Source: Parcubacteria group bacterium
GTDB lineage: Bacteria; Patescibacteriota; Minisyncoccia; Moranbacterales; UBA2206
Assembly (NCBI GenBank): GCA_041659505.1
Contig: JBAZYF010000001.1
Coordinates: 101,475-165,474 of the forward strand
DNA: 64,000 bases
Reading direction: 5' to 3'
Positions within the stretch are counted from its first letter, which is position 1; each line of letters starts with the position of its first letter. Both the position numbers and the translations under genes were made by a program. Positions 35,608-46,126 of this stretch are shown piece by piece. The notes beneath the pieces are model-generated. The model worked only from the letters and a program-made list of their open reading frames with translations. It searched no databases and was not told the origin of the DNA.

Positions 35608-35610
35608 AAA

Positions 35611-35832
35611 TTATTCATTTATCAATTTAAATCTAGGAGTTTCTTTCCCATCAACTATCACGTTTTCCAAAAACATCTGCTTGGGCCGCACCCATACGGA
35701 ACCTTTTCCAAAAGTTCTACATTCGTATAGTGCCCTATATACGACCATCTCTTCCAGTGTCTCGCTATGATGAGCGACGGCGATAACTTCAATGATGCCA
35801 CCCTTATAATGTTTATATTTTCCTAGTTTCAT
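35611..35832 (-). CDS. DUF1653 family small protein.
   Basis: MKLGKYKHYKGG...ALYE...GSVWVRPKQMF. Confidence 0.65.
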   Translation of the reverse strand: MKLGKYKHYKGGIIEVIAVAHHSETLEEMVVYRALYECRTFGKGSVWVRPKQMFLENVIVDGKETPRFKLINE

Positions 35833-35862
35833 AAAGCGTTTTATTACTCCTCTCTATGCGAT

Positions 35863-36366
35863 TTAAATTGAAGTTTTTATTTTCTCCGCCATTTTTTTTA
35901 ATTTTTTAAAATCCGCCATCGGGCCATCAGCTGAACTCAGATAGCCGGCATATTTTTTAAAATATTCAGATTTTTCACTGTTATACCGTTTCCAAATACC
36001 TTTTTTCATATGCCCCGTTCCGTGCATTGGAACAAGCTTGATGTGTGCATGGTCTATTCCGGTGCCTTCCATAATGAGTCCAACTCGACCAACGTCTTTA
36101 AAATAATCTTCCAAAAGTTTTGCTACTTTCTTGGCGGCTAGGATAAAATTTGCCAAAGCCTTGTCATCCATTTTCAAGACGTCGCTAGCGTAATGCTTTT
36201 TGGGAATAATCATCGCAAATCCTTCCGTATTGGGAAAAGGAGACAGCCAAGCCATATAGTTTTTATCCTCCCAAATCAAACTATCACCTAAGGGTTTGAT
36301 TTTACCTTTGGCGATTTCGCAAAAGATGCATTCACCCACGTCTGTTTTGTTTTTGTAGTTTGCCAT
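35863..36366 (-). CDS. HIT family hydrolase.
   Basis: Histidine triad IDHAHIKLVP. N-terminal CIFCEI. Confidence 0.8.
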   Translation of the reverse strand: MANYKNKTDVGECIFCEIAKGKIKPLGDSLIWEDKNYMAWLSPFPNTEGFAMIIPKKHYASDVLKMDDKALANFILAAKKVAKLLEDYFKDVGRVGLIMEGTGIDHAHIKLVPMHGTGHMKKGIWKRYNSEKSEYFKKYAGYLSSADGPMADFKKLKKMAEKIKTSI

Positions 36367-36459
36367 AATATTTTAAAGCTTGCTTAAAATTATATTTCGT
36401 GTTATTTTCCAGTATCAGCAACGACTGATATTGAAAATCATAGCCAAAAGGAGGCAAAA

Positions 36460-36753
36460 ATGCAACAAGCAAAACGAGATGACACAGGCTGCTGTATCGG
36501 CGAGATAAAAGCGGTAATGCCAGGCGACATTCTTACGCTTTTCCCAAGCGGCGATATTTTATTTCTTCGTGGATGTTATGGAATCGCAATTCCAGAAAGC
36601 GGAGTCATGCCAGAAAACGGGATTTGGACAGAAAAAAGCGTCTCTTCCCTAATCGCTTTCATTATAGACGAATTCGGACTTGCCGTAGAAAGAACGGAGA
36701 AAAAAAGCCTAATCTCCCCGGGTAATAATGTTTATTACCGCTTCATGCGATAA
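36460..36753 (+). CDS. Hypothetical small protein (97 aa) with a strong Shine-Dalgarno (AAAGGAGGcaaaaATG).
   Basis: MQQAKRDDTGCCIGEIKAVMPGDILTLFPSGD... No recognised family. Confidence 0.5.
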   Translation: MQQAKRDDTGCCIGEIKAVMPGDILTLFPSGDILFLRGCYGIAIPESGVMPENGIWTEKSVSSLIAFIIDEFGLAVERTEKKSLISPGNNVYYRFMR

Positions 36754-36768
36754 AACATCGCACGAAGC

Positions 36769-36812
36769 ATATGCCCGTTCAAGGATTAAAACCTTGCGGG
36801 CATATTATTTTT

Positions 36813-36815
<3 letters not shown>
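36769..36815. terminator. Convergent terminator hairpin ATATGCCCG-N19-CGGGCATAT plus a T run, between the hypothetical gene and the uvrB stop.
   Basis: Read directly. TATTTTTTT follows the stem. Confidence 0.55.
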
Positions 36816-38876
<2,061 letters not shown>

Positions 38877-38963
38877 AATGATTATATCTTGATAATATCA
38901 GACATTCTTTAAAATTTGAATTATTCGGACTGCAATCACCATTCACTCAAAAAGGAGGACCAG

Positions 38964-39380
38964 ATGAATACTAATACTAGATTTACTATTTCAGGTGCCA
39001 TTATAATGACAATAGTACTGGGACTTTTGCTGCTAGCTCATAGATTAGATGAAAGGGGGGTGGTTTCTGCTGGTATTACCAGCGCCGCTATACAGGAAAT
39101 ACGGCCTATCAGCACAACCCGTGACCCACAAAACATCAACCCAGAAAATGATTTTATTGGATTCGAGATTATCTTCACCAGTGAAATCCAATGCGGAAAA
39201 TTCAAAACCAATGTGGTAAGATTTTCCGCAGATCATTCAACTGGGTCTGGGCTTAGACAGATATTTATTATTGCTGGAAACCCCCAGCATAAATATGAAC
39301 TCCAGGATTTTACCATTCGCACCAAAGATGGTGGTAAAAGTTTTTATGTGATAACTTCGGTTATCGCAATCCTGAAATAA
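38964..39380 (+). CDS. Hypothetical membrane-anchored protein (138 aa), Shine-Dalgarno AAAAAGGAGGaccagATG.
   Basis: MNTNTRFTISGAIIMTIVLGLLLLAH... The upstream in-frame extension to 38916 lacks an RBS. Confidence 0.5.
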   Translation: MNTNTRFTISGAIIMTIVLGLLLLAHRLDERGVVSAGITSAAIQEIRPISTTRDPQNINPENDFIGFEIIFTSEIQCGKFKTNVVRFSADHSTGSGLRQIFIIAGNPQHKYELQDFTIRTKDGGKSFYVITSVIAILK

Positions 39381-39418
39381 TTCAATTCCATCTTCTTTCC
39401 AAGCGAACTCACTCGCAC

Positions 39419-39461
39419 CTGCCATATTTCCAAGAAACATCGGGAATATGGCAGTTTTTTT
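39419..39461 (+). terminator. Rho-independent terminator CTGCCATATTTCC-N-GGAATATGGCAG followed by TTTTTTT.
   Basis: Read directly, 40 nt after the stop at 39380. Confidence 0.7.
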
Positions 39462-39558
39462 ATTTTAAATTGTCTTGAACTGTGATTTTTGTGATTATTT
39501 GATGGACTATGATTTCTTAATCAAAATCCCAATCATAGTTTTCATTCAATCAGACGAA

Positions 39559-39861
39559 TCATAGTTCGAGATTAAGATAACAAGCGTAGCGATCAAGTTT
39601 CCAATCCCGCACCTGCCTTACAGTATTTGAACCTATTTCGACCATTTTAACCAACTGGTTAAAATGGTTATCCGTGTCCTGAACGCTATTAATGCAAGCC
39701 TTTATAGCCCTACTGATAACTTCCTGGGCTTTTTGCCAATTTGGATAACCCAAGAGAGGCATCAGCTCCCGCGCTTCCCAAAATTCGACACCATTTTCAT
39801 CGATCTTTTTAATGTTCTCAAAGTCCTTGTGGACTCCCAATGCAACTTCCATTTTTGTCAT
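39559..39861 (-). CDS. DinD-family (DNA-damage-inducible protein D) N-terminal domain protein, only 100 aa.
   Basis: ...GVEFWEARELMPLLGY...VEIGSNTVRQVRDWKLDRYACYLNL closely parallels the N-terminal domain of E. coli DinD (…GAEQWSARQLGKLLGY…VKIGSNAKRALKDIVLSRYACYL…). It lacks the C-terminal two-thirds. Confidence 0.6.
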   Translation of the reverse strand: MTKMEVALGVHKDFENIKKIDENGVEFWEARELMPLLGYPNWQKAQEVISRAIKACINSVQDTDNHFNQLVKMVEIGSNTVRQVRDWKLDRYACYLNLEL

Positions 39862-39924
39862 AGTTTTAGTGTTAGTTTTATTATAATGATATTATAACAC
39901 TAAAGCAAAACTACTGTCAATTGT

Positions 39925-40026
39925 CTGAACCACTGATTATCACATGAGCTCACATGATTTCACTGATTTATGAATCTAATCATGTGAAATCAGCGTAATC
40001 AGTGCGAATCAGTGGTTCTGATTTAT
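39925..40026. repeat. CACTGATT-family element (family 6) with ~15 bp terminal inverted repeats (TCTGAACCACTGATT ... AATCAGTGGTTCTGA) 3' of manC.
   Basis: The inverted termini were read directly. Internal CACATGA and CACTGATT repeats. Related to 26083-26143. Confidence 0.6.
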
Positions 40027-41096
40027 AGATACTTCCCTCCCCGCTCTTTCAACTCTTCCACTATTTTTTTCACATCCTGCGCTCGGGATTTGGGACAAAT
40101 GAGCAGTGCATCATCCGTGTCCACAATTAGCAAATTGTCTATGCCAATTGTTGCAATCAATTTATTTCCATTCCCCTTGATAAGCGAGTTTCTGCTTTCA
40201 ATAGCCAAAATATTACCATCCGTATAGGCTTGTTCTGGAGAAGCTAGGTATTCATAAATAACCCCCCAGGTGCCCATGTCCATCCACTTAAATGGATTGA
40301 TAATCAGGTAGGTCTGATCAAAAATATGTTTTGTAACATCTTCTACTGGGCCAGATTTCATAGAAGCATAAATTTTATCCACTTCCCTCGTTGAATCTTT
40401 TTTCCCGAGAGCTGTTTTTATCTTCATCAGTGCCTTATGCCAGGCGGGGTTATGTTTTTCATAAAGAGCCAGCATCAAATCGGGATACCAGCAATAGTGA
40501 TTTGAGTGGGTTGCTATTTTGAAATTACTGATTAGCTCCTCTGTTTCTTCGTAGGTATCCAGCCGGGGGATAAATTTTTGAATTTTGAAAATATCCATAT
40601 CCTCCTTGCTTTTGACCTGCTCACCTAGCATTAAATAGTCAATGCCCATATCTGGGTAGAGCGCTTTTTGTCCTCCAGTTACCAGCTTTTTCTCTTTCTT
40701 AACTAGTCTTTCGGCGGCTCTTGTCATTTCAATGAATTTTTTGTCCGGCTTACGAAGGCAATCCGCTTGAACAATCATGAAAGGTTCTTTGGGATATTTC
40801 ATAGCTACTTTCACAATTGCAAAGCCTGTGGCTGGCCCGGTATTTCTCGCCACGTCCGGTTCAATAATAATATTTTCTAGAGATATTTCCGGCGCATCTT
40901 CAACTACATACTTCACATATCTTCTTTTGGTTGAAACAAAAATATCCTGAGATCCATATTCCTTGAGTAACGATTCAACATTTTGCCTGAAGAGAGTTTT
41001 ATTTCCCACTATTGGCTGAAATTGCTTTGGCTTGTCTTCTCGACTCAATGGCCAAAGTTTAGTTCCTTGCCCTCCTGCGAAGATTATAAATTTCAT
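40023..41096 (-). CDS. manC: Mannose-1-phosphate guanylyltransferase (GDP-mannose pyrophosphorylase).
   Basis: The N-terminus MKFIIFAGGQGTKLWPLS is the nucleotidyl transferase glycine loop. 357 aa. Confidence 0.75.
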   Translation of the reverse strand: MKFIIFAGGQGTKLWPLSREDKPKQFQPIVGNKTLFRQNVESLLKEYGSQDIFVSTKRRYVKYVVEDAPEISLENIIIEPDVARNTGPATGFAIVKVAMKYPKEPFMIVQADCLRKPDKKFIEMTRAAERLVKKEKKLVTGGQKALYPDMGIDYLMLGEQVKSKEDMDIFKIQKFIPRLDTYEETEELISNFKIATHSNHYCWYPDLMLALYEKHNPAWHKALMKIKTALGKKDSTREVDKIYASMKSGPVEDVTKHIFDQTYLIINPFKWMDMGTWGVIYEYLASPEQAYTDGNILAIESRNSLIKGNGNKLIATIGIDNLLIVDTDDALLICPKSRAQDVKKIVEELKERGGKYL

Positions 41097-41157
41097 ACTG
41101 TTTCTTTTTAGTTAATTAAGTGGATTACCCCCTAATTAAACCACACCATTTGAAAAA

Positions 41158-41226
41158 ACGGAAATCTGGTAGAGACGAGGCACTGCCTCGTCTTAATGCT
41201 GGTGGTTTTTAAGACGAGGCAGTGCC
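41158..41226. repeat. Palindromic element (family 4), intergenic copy: GGTAGAGACGAGGCACTGCCTCGTCTT-N15-AAGACGAGGCAGTGCCTCGTCTCTAC.
   Basis: It has the same hairpin module as the uvrC in-frame insert (24363-24450). Confidence 0.75.
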
Positions 41227-41351
41227 TCGTCTCTACGGGGGATATTCGGCTATTACAAGCCAAGAAATGACTTAAAATAGCCATTTTGGACTTGACGAAA
41301 GAATGGCGCCGTGCTAACCTCAAATGAGTCATAGACTGGAAATTTTAATCT

Positions 41352-41597
41352 TTGATTTTCAAAAAAATGCTAAAAATCATTAATATTGCTGAAATCGTCA
41401 TCGCTATCGCGCTCATCGTTTCTATCTTATTGCAAAACAGAGGCGCGGGACTGTCCGGCACATTCGGTGGCGGATTTGAAGGCTATTACACCCGACGTGG
41501 ATTCGAAAAGTTCTTGGTCTATTTTTCCATCTTTCTTTCCACCGCCTTTATCATTCTGGCTATTATTAATTTGATTTTGACTAACAAGTTAAACTAA
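41352..41597 (+). CDS. secG: Preprotein translocase subunit SecG.
   Basis: Two TM helices flank LLQNRGAGLSGTFGGG, which matches the SecG signature (LLQ.GKG.GLG..FGG). Confidence 0.75.
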   Translation: MIFKKMLKIINIAEIVIAIALIVSILLQNRGAGLSGTFGGGFEGYYTRRGFEKFLVYFSIFLSTAFIILAIINLILTNKLN

Positions 41598-41706
41598 ACA
41601 TATTAGTAAACCGCTCGAAAATTGCAAGTGGCTCTCACCGCAATGTTTTGCGAAGCTCTACAGAGTCAGCAACTTCAAAGAAAAACTGCTCCTTTCTTTT
41701 TTAGTC

Positions 41707-43314
41707 TTGCTTTTCATTTCTTCTCTCGGCTATTGGGGGATTTCTTTCTATTATTCGCACACCCAAGCATTGCCAAATTATGGCGGTGAATACATCGAGG
41801 GTAGCGTCGGTCAACCGCAACATATCAATCCTTTGCTCAGCGCGTCCAATGATGTTGATGCTGATCTGTCTAAGATTATCTATAACGGCCTTCTGAAATA
41901 TGACGACAAAGGAGCACTTATCCCTGACTTAGCAGAGCGCTACGAAATCAGCGAAGATAAGACCGTCTATACTTTTTATCTGAAAAAAAATGTCACTTGG
42001 CATGATGGCGTGTCCTTTTCTGCCCGGGATGTAATTTTTACTTTCAACCTGATTAGTGACCCGGCCTACAAAAGCCCTCTACGCTCCAATTGGCAAGGCG
42101 TCACAGCCAATCTTGTCGATGATTCCACTGTCACTTTTACCACCAGCCCATATGCCGGGTTTCTCAGCAATGCTACTTTTGGCATTCTCCCTCAGCATCT
42201 ATGGGACAGTGTAAAACCAGAAAATTTTTCTTTGGCCCAATTTAATCTGGAACCGATCGGCACCGGACCGTTCAAATATAGCGGTTCATACCAAAAAGAT
42301 TCCAAAGGCAACATCCTTTCCTACAAACTAGTCGCCAATCCAAACTATTTCGACGGGAAACCTTATCTTTCCAAAATCACTTTTAATTACTACACGGACG
42401 AAGATTCCGCGCTAGACGCCTATAACCGCAAAGAGATTATGGGGATGAGCAGCATCTCTTCTCAGAAAATAGCTGCGATAAAGAATAAAAACAGTTCATT
42501 GGAACATATTTTTTCCATTCCGCGCTATTCGGCAGTTTTCCTCAATCAAAGCAAAAGCCTGCCCTTGGCTGACGATAAGGTCAGAGAAGCCCTGAACTAT
42601 GCCACCGACCGGAAGGAAATCATCCAACTCGTACTTGATGGAAAAGGCACGCCCGTCTACTCCCCGATTCTCCCGGGAATGCTTGGCTATTCTGCCGATC
42701 TAGGAAAAGTAGATTATGATCAGGAAAAAGCCAAAAAAATTCTGGATGATGCCGGCTGGAAAGTATCCGATGATAAATTCCGCAAAAAAAATGATACGCT
42801 GTTGGAAATAAATCTTATCACTACTGATTGGGATGAATTTACTGAAAGCGCAGAAATTCTCAAGACTCAGTGGGAAAAAATCGGAGCCAAGGTTGCCATA
42901 GAAAGTCTCTCTGTTTCGGATATCCAACAAAATTTTATCCGGCCAAGAGAATATGAAGCTTTGCTTTTCGGCCAAGTGATGGGTGCCGACCCCGACCTCT
43001 ATTCTTTCTGGCACTCGGCCCAGAAAAAAGATCCCGGTCTCAATCTCGCAATGTTCGGCGATAGTGAAACAGATAAATTGATCGAGAATGCTCGCATCGA
43101 ATTTGATCCCGCCAAGCGCGCCGAGCTTTATACGCAATTCCAAGAGAAATTAGTGGCTGAAATACCCGCTATCTTTCTTTGCAGCCCGGAATATATCTAC
43201 CCAGTCAACAAAAAAGTCCAAGGCATCGACATCCAAAATCTCATCTCCCCCGCCAAACGCTTTTCCAATATTGACAAGTGGTTCATCAGCACCAAACGGG
43301 TTTGGAAGAAATAA
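41707..43314 (+). CDS. ABC transporter substrate-binding protein, family 5 (peptide/nickel type). It is an orphan with no adjacent permease. It starts at TTG with no in-frame ATG upstream.
   Basis: N-terminal signal-anchor then ...LSKIIYNGLLKYDDKGALIPDLAERYEISEDKTVYTFYLKKNVTWHDGVSFSARDVIFTF..., the SBP_bac_5 pattern. Confidence 0.75.
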   Translation: MLFISSLGYWGISFYYSHTQALPNYGGEYIEGSVGQPQHINPLLSASNDVDADLSKIIYNGLLKYDDKGALIPDLAERYEISEDKTVYTFYLKKNVTWHDGVSFSARDVIFTFNLISDPAYKSPLRSNWQGVTANLVDDSTVTFTTSPYAGFLSNATFGILPQHLWDSVKPENFSLAQFNLEPIGTGPFKYSGSYQKDSKGNILSYKLVANPNYFDGKPYLSKITFNYYTDEDSALDAYNRKEIMGMSSISSQKIAAIKNKNSSLEHIFSIPRYSAVFLNQSKSLPLADDKVREALNYATDRKEIIQLVLDGKGTPVYSPILPGMLGYSADLGKVDYDQEKAKKILDDAGWKVSDDKFRKKNDTLLEINLITTDWDEFTESAEILKTQWEKIGAKVAIESLSVSDIQQNFIRPREYEALLFGQVMGADPDLYSFWHSAQKKDPGLNLAMFGDSETDKLIENARIEFDPAKRAELYTQFQEKLVAEIPAIFLCSPEYIYPVNKKVQGIDIQNLISPAKRFSNIDKWFISTKRVWKK

Positions 43315-43397
43315 CTTTTTTCTGTTTTTTCACTTTTCATAAGATAACTGTTCCGATAAAAAATCTGGTAATAAGTAATTTTTTTAAAATAATCCTT

Positions 43398-44423
43398 ATG
43401 CCAAAAACAAACAAGATCGACAAAGAAAATCTGCGTCAAGTCATCATCGACTCTCCCAAGCAGTTTGCCGAAGGATTCCGGTTAGCAAAAAACATCAAAC
43501 TAAAAAAACAGAAATTCACCGCCGTCTGCGTTTCCGGTATGGGAGGCTCATCACTGCCGGCTGATCTGCTACGAACTTACGTTGATCATCTTTTTGAAAC
43601 CAACTCAAAGGATAATGCGCCCTTGGAAATAATCCAAAATAAATCCTACGCCCTTCCCAAAAGGACACTCAAAAATTGCTTACACATCTTCGCATCTTAT
43701 TCCGGCAATACAGAAGAGACGCTTTCTGCTCTCGACGAAGCGATAAAATTGAAACTTCCTTCTGTCGGGCTGATGCACGGCGGAAAATTGCAAGAACTTT
43801 GCACGAAAAACAACATCCCATATGTCATCCTACCAGCCGTCAGTCAACCGCGCTATGCCAGTGGCTATTTTTTCGCTACCAGCCTGCAGATTCTTAATAA
43901 TCTCAACCTTATTGAAGATAAATCAAAAGAAATCGATCGTCTGGCTAAAAAACTGGAGGAGATGGTTACAACACTCGAAGCACCAGGGAAAATTTTGGCC
44001 AAGAAATTAAATGGAAAAACGCCGATTATCCACACGACAGACAAATATCGATCGGTTGCTCTTATCTGGAAAATTAAAATTAACGAAAATGCCAAGACGC
44101 CTTGTTTTTGGAATTTTTATCCAGAACTCAATCATAATGAAATGGTCGGCTACACTTTGCCCCAAGGAAAATTTCACATCGTAACGCTCCTTGACCCGAC
44201 TGATAATCCCAGAATTATAAAGCGGATGAAAATCACCGCCCCCCTGCTCAAAACTAAAGGAATCGAAACGACTTTTTTTGAAATGCCCGGTACTGAATTA
44301 TTCACCAAAATTTTTAGCACGCTACTTTTTGGCGATTGGGTTTCCTATTACCTCGCCCTTGCCTACGGCCAAGACCCAACGCCAGTTGATATGGTGGAAG
44401 ATTTGAAAAAAGCCCTAGCTTAG
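43398..44423 (+). CDS. Bifunctional phosphoglucose/phosphomannose isomerase (SIS domain, archaeal-type PGI/PMI).
   Basis: MPKTNKIDKENLRQVIIDSPKQF...AVCVSGMGGSSL... 341 aa. The track ORF extends upstream to 43278 without an RBS. Confidence 0.65.
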   Translation: MPKTNKIDKENLRQVIIDSPKQFAEGFRLAKNIKLKKQKFTAVCVSGMGGSSLPADLLRTYVDHLFETNSKDNAPLEIIQNKSYALPKRTLKNCLHIFASYSGNTEETLSALDEAIKLKLPSVGLMHGGKLQELCTKNNIPYVILPAVSQPRYASGYFFATSLQILNNLNLIEDKSKEIDRLAKKLEEMVTTLEAPGKILAKKLNGKTPIIHTTDKYRSVALIWKIKINENAKTPCFWNFYPELNHNEMVGYTLPQGKFHIVTLLDPTDNPRIIKRMKITAPLLKTKGIETTFFEMPGTELFTKIFSTLLFGDWVSYYLALAYGQDPTPVDMVEDLKKALA

Positions 44424-44433
44424 AAAACAAAAA

Positions 44434-44466
44434 ACCGCGCTTTTCAAAAGTGCGGTTTTTTTATGG
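44434..44466 (+). terminator. Terminator-like hairpin (AACCGC...GCGGTT with a nested CTTTTCAAAAG) plus a T run after the PGI/PMI gene.
   Basis: AAAAACCGCGCTTTTCAAAAGTGCGGTTTTTTT. Confidence 0.5.
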
Positions 44467-44470
44467 AACG

Positions 44471-44479
44471 TGGTATAAT
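44471..44479 (+). promoter_or_regulatory. Extended -10 promoter TGgTATAAT for the phosphomannomutase gene.
   Basis: TGGTATAAT at 44471-44479, 30 nt upstream of the ATG at 44509. Confidence 0.4.
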
Positions 44480-44508
44480 TGAAGCACTTAATTTTTAACT
44501 ACAAAACT

Positions 44509-45846
44509 ATGGAACCAAAAATTTTCAAAGCCTATGATATTCGCGGACTTTATCCGGCAGAAATCAACAAAGACGTCGCTTATACTATCGGCCGGGCACT
44601 CGTTACGCATACCAGTGCCAAAAAAGTGATCGTTGGATTTGATATGCGCGAATCTTCTCCGGAATTAGAAGCGGGTTTAATTTCCGGCATTACTGACCAA
44701 GGTGCTGACATTATCAGAATTGGAATCTCCACCACCCCGATGCTCTATTTTGCCTCCTGGCAAATTGAGGCAGATGTGGCAGTGATAATCACCGCTTCGC
44801 ACAATCCGGCCGAATGGAATGGGATGAAATTTTGCCTCAAAGGCGCTGTACCAATCGGTGAAGGCAGTGGGATGGAAGAGGTGCGAGACCTGGCCATTGC
44901 TGGAAATTTTCCAGAAAATACCACAAAGGGCGTGGTGACAGAAGAACTGGATTTTCACCAGAAATATCTCAGCTATATGGAACAGTTTTTTGTCACAGGT
45001 AAACCAAAGAAAAAATTAGTGATTGATTTTGCCAACGGAATGGGCATTTTGGATAAAGAAGTTTTTGAAAAATTTCCGACTGAAATTGAGGCGATTTATA
45101 TGTACGATACGCTCGACGGAAACTTCCCTAACCACGAAGCCAACCCGTTGAAAACGGAAACGCTCGCCGCGCTTCAGGAAAAAGTCGTGGCAGAAAAAGC
45201 CGATCTCGGCATCGCTTATGATGGTGATGCGGACCGCGTCGGTTTTGTTACAGAAACCGGAGAGGTTGTTTCCATGGATTACCTCATCGCCCTTTTGGCC
45301 AAGGAAGTACTCAAAAAAGATCCGGGAAGCCTCATCCTAATGGATCTGCGTAGTTCTAATGCGGTACGAGAAGTGATTGAAGAAGCGGGCGGGAAAGTGA
45401 ATCGTTGTCGCGTCGGACATTCACTGATCAAAAAACAGATGCGCGAGCAAGGGGCAGTTTTTGCCGGCGAACTTTCCGGCCACTATTTCTTCGCGGAAAA
45501 TAGTAAAGCAGAAATGACCACATTCGCTGTCATCACACTTTTAAATCTCATGAATGAAACTGGCAAAAAAATGTCTGAATTAATTACTGAATTAAAAAGG
45601 TATTTTCACAGCGGAGAAATTAATTCTGATGTCGCCGACAAAGATGCAGTGATGAGAAACCTCAAAGAAATTTACAAAGCCGGAAAGTTGGATGAGCTAG
45701 ATGGCATCCGCATCGACTTTCCTGAATGGTGGTTTAACGTTCGCGCCTCAAACACCGAACCAAAGTTAAGATTAAATTTGGAAGCGAAGACAAAGGAGTT
45801 GATGGAAGAAAAAAGGGATGAAGTTCTGGGGATTATTAGAGGCTAA
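44509..45846 (+). CDS. Phosphomannomutase/phosphoglucomutase (alpha-D-phosphohexomutase).
   Basis: MEPKIFKAYDIRG..., active-site TASHNP (IITASHNPAEWNGMKF), and Mg-binding DGDADR. Confidence 0.85.
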   Translation: MEPKIFKAYDIRGLYPAEINKDVAYTIGRALVTHTSAKKVIVGFDMRESSPELEAGLISGITDQGADIIRIGISTTPMLYFASWQIEADVAVIITASHNPAEWNGMKFCLKGAVPIGEGSGMEEVRDLAIAGNFPENTTKGVVTEELDFHQKYLSYMEQFFVTGKPKKKLVIDFANGMGILDKEVFEKFPTEIEAIYMYDTLDGNFPNHEANPLKTETLAALQEKVVAEKADLGIAYDGDADRVGFVTETGEVVSMDYLIALLAKEVLKKDPGSLILMDLRSSNAVREVIEEAGGKVNRCRVGHSLIKKQMREQGAVFAGELSGHYFFAENSKAEMTTFAVITLLNLMNETGKKMSELITELKRYFHSGEINSDVADKDAVMRNLKEIYKAGKLDELDGIRIDFPEWWFNVRASNTEPKLRLNLEAKTKELMEEKRDEVLGIIRG

Positions 45847-45856
45847 TAATCAAAAA

Positions 45857-45879
45857 AGAGCCTCGAGGCTCTTTTTTTA
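45857..45879 (+). terminator. Rho-independent terminator AGAGCCTC-GAGGCTCT followed by TTTTTTT.
   Basis: Read directly after the PMM stop. Confidence 0.7.
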
Positions 45880-45880
45880 T

Positions 45881-46051
45881 GTGTCATTCCCGCGAAGGCG
45901 GGAATCCAGGTTCCACTAGCTTTAAACTCTGGAAAATCGAGATGCAAGTCTAACATGCTTTTAGTTTCAGTAAGTCTTGAATTTTAATAATTCGTTTTTT
46001 CCTAGTGTTGAACTTGAGGTGCCTGGATCCCCGCCTTCGCGAGGATGACAC
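45881..46051. repeat. MITE-like element, family 2, copy 1. Its ~30 bp terminal inverted repeats are GTGTCATTCCCGCGAAGGCGGGAATCCAGGTTCCACTAG ... CCTGGATCCCCGCCTTCGCGAGGATGACAC.
   Basis: The terminal inverted repeats were read directly. There are three copies in the window (also 59118-59320 and 63497-63665). Confidence 0.8.
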
Positions 46052-46126
46052 TCATTGAAGTGTCTTGCAAAAAAAAGAAACGAGTCATCGGCTCGCTTCT
46101 CATCTTTCTCAGTAAATTAGAACAAT

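Noticed and set aside
41132-41332. 66 aa minus-strand ORF spanning the palindromic element at 41158-41226.
   Set aside because: It is a translation of a perfect inverted repeat (ARRHSFVKSK...). It sits in a divergent promoter region. It is spurious.
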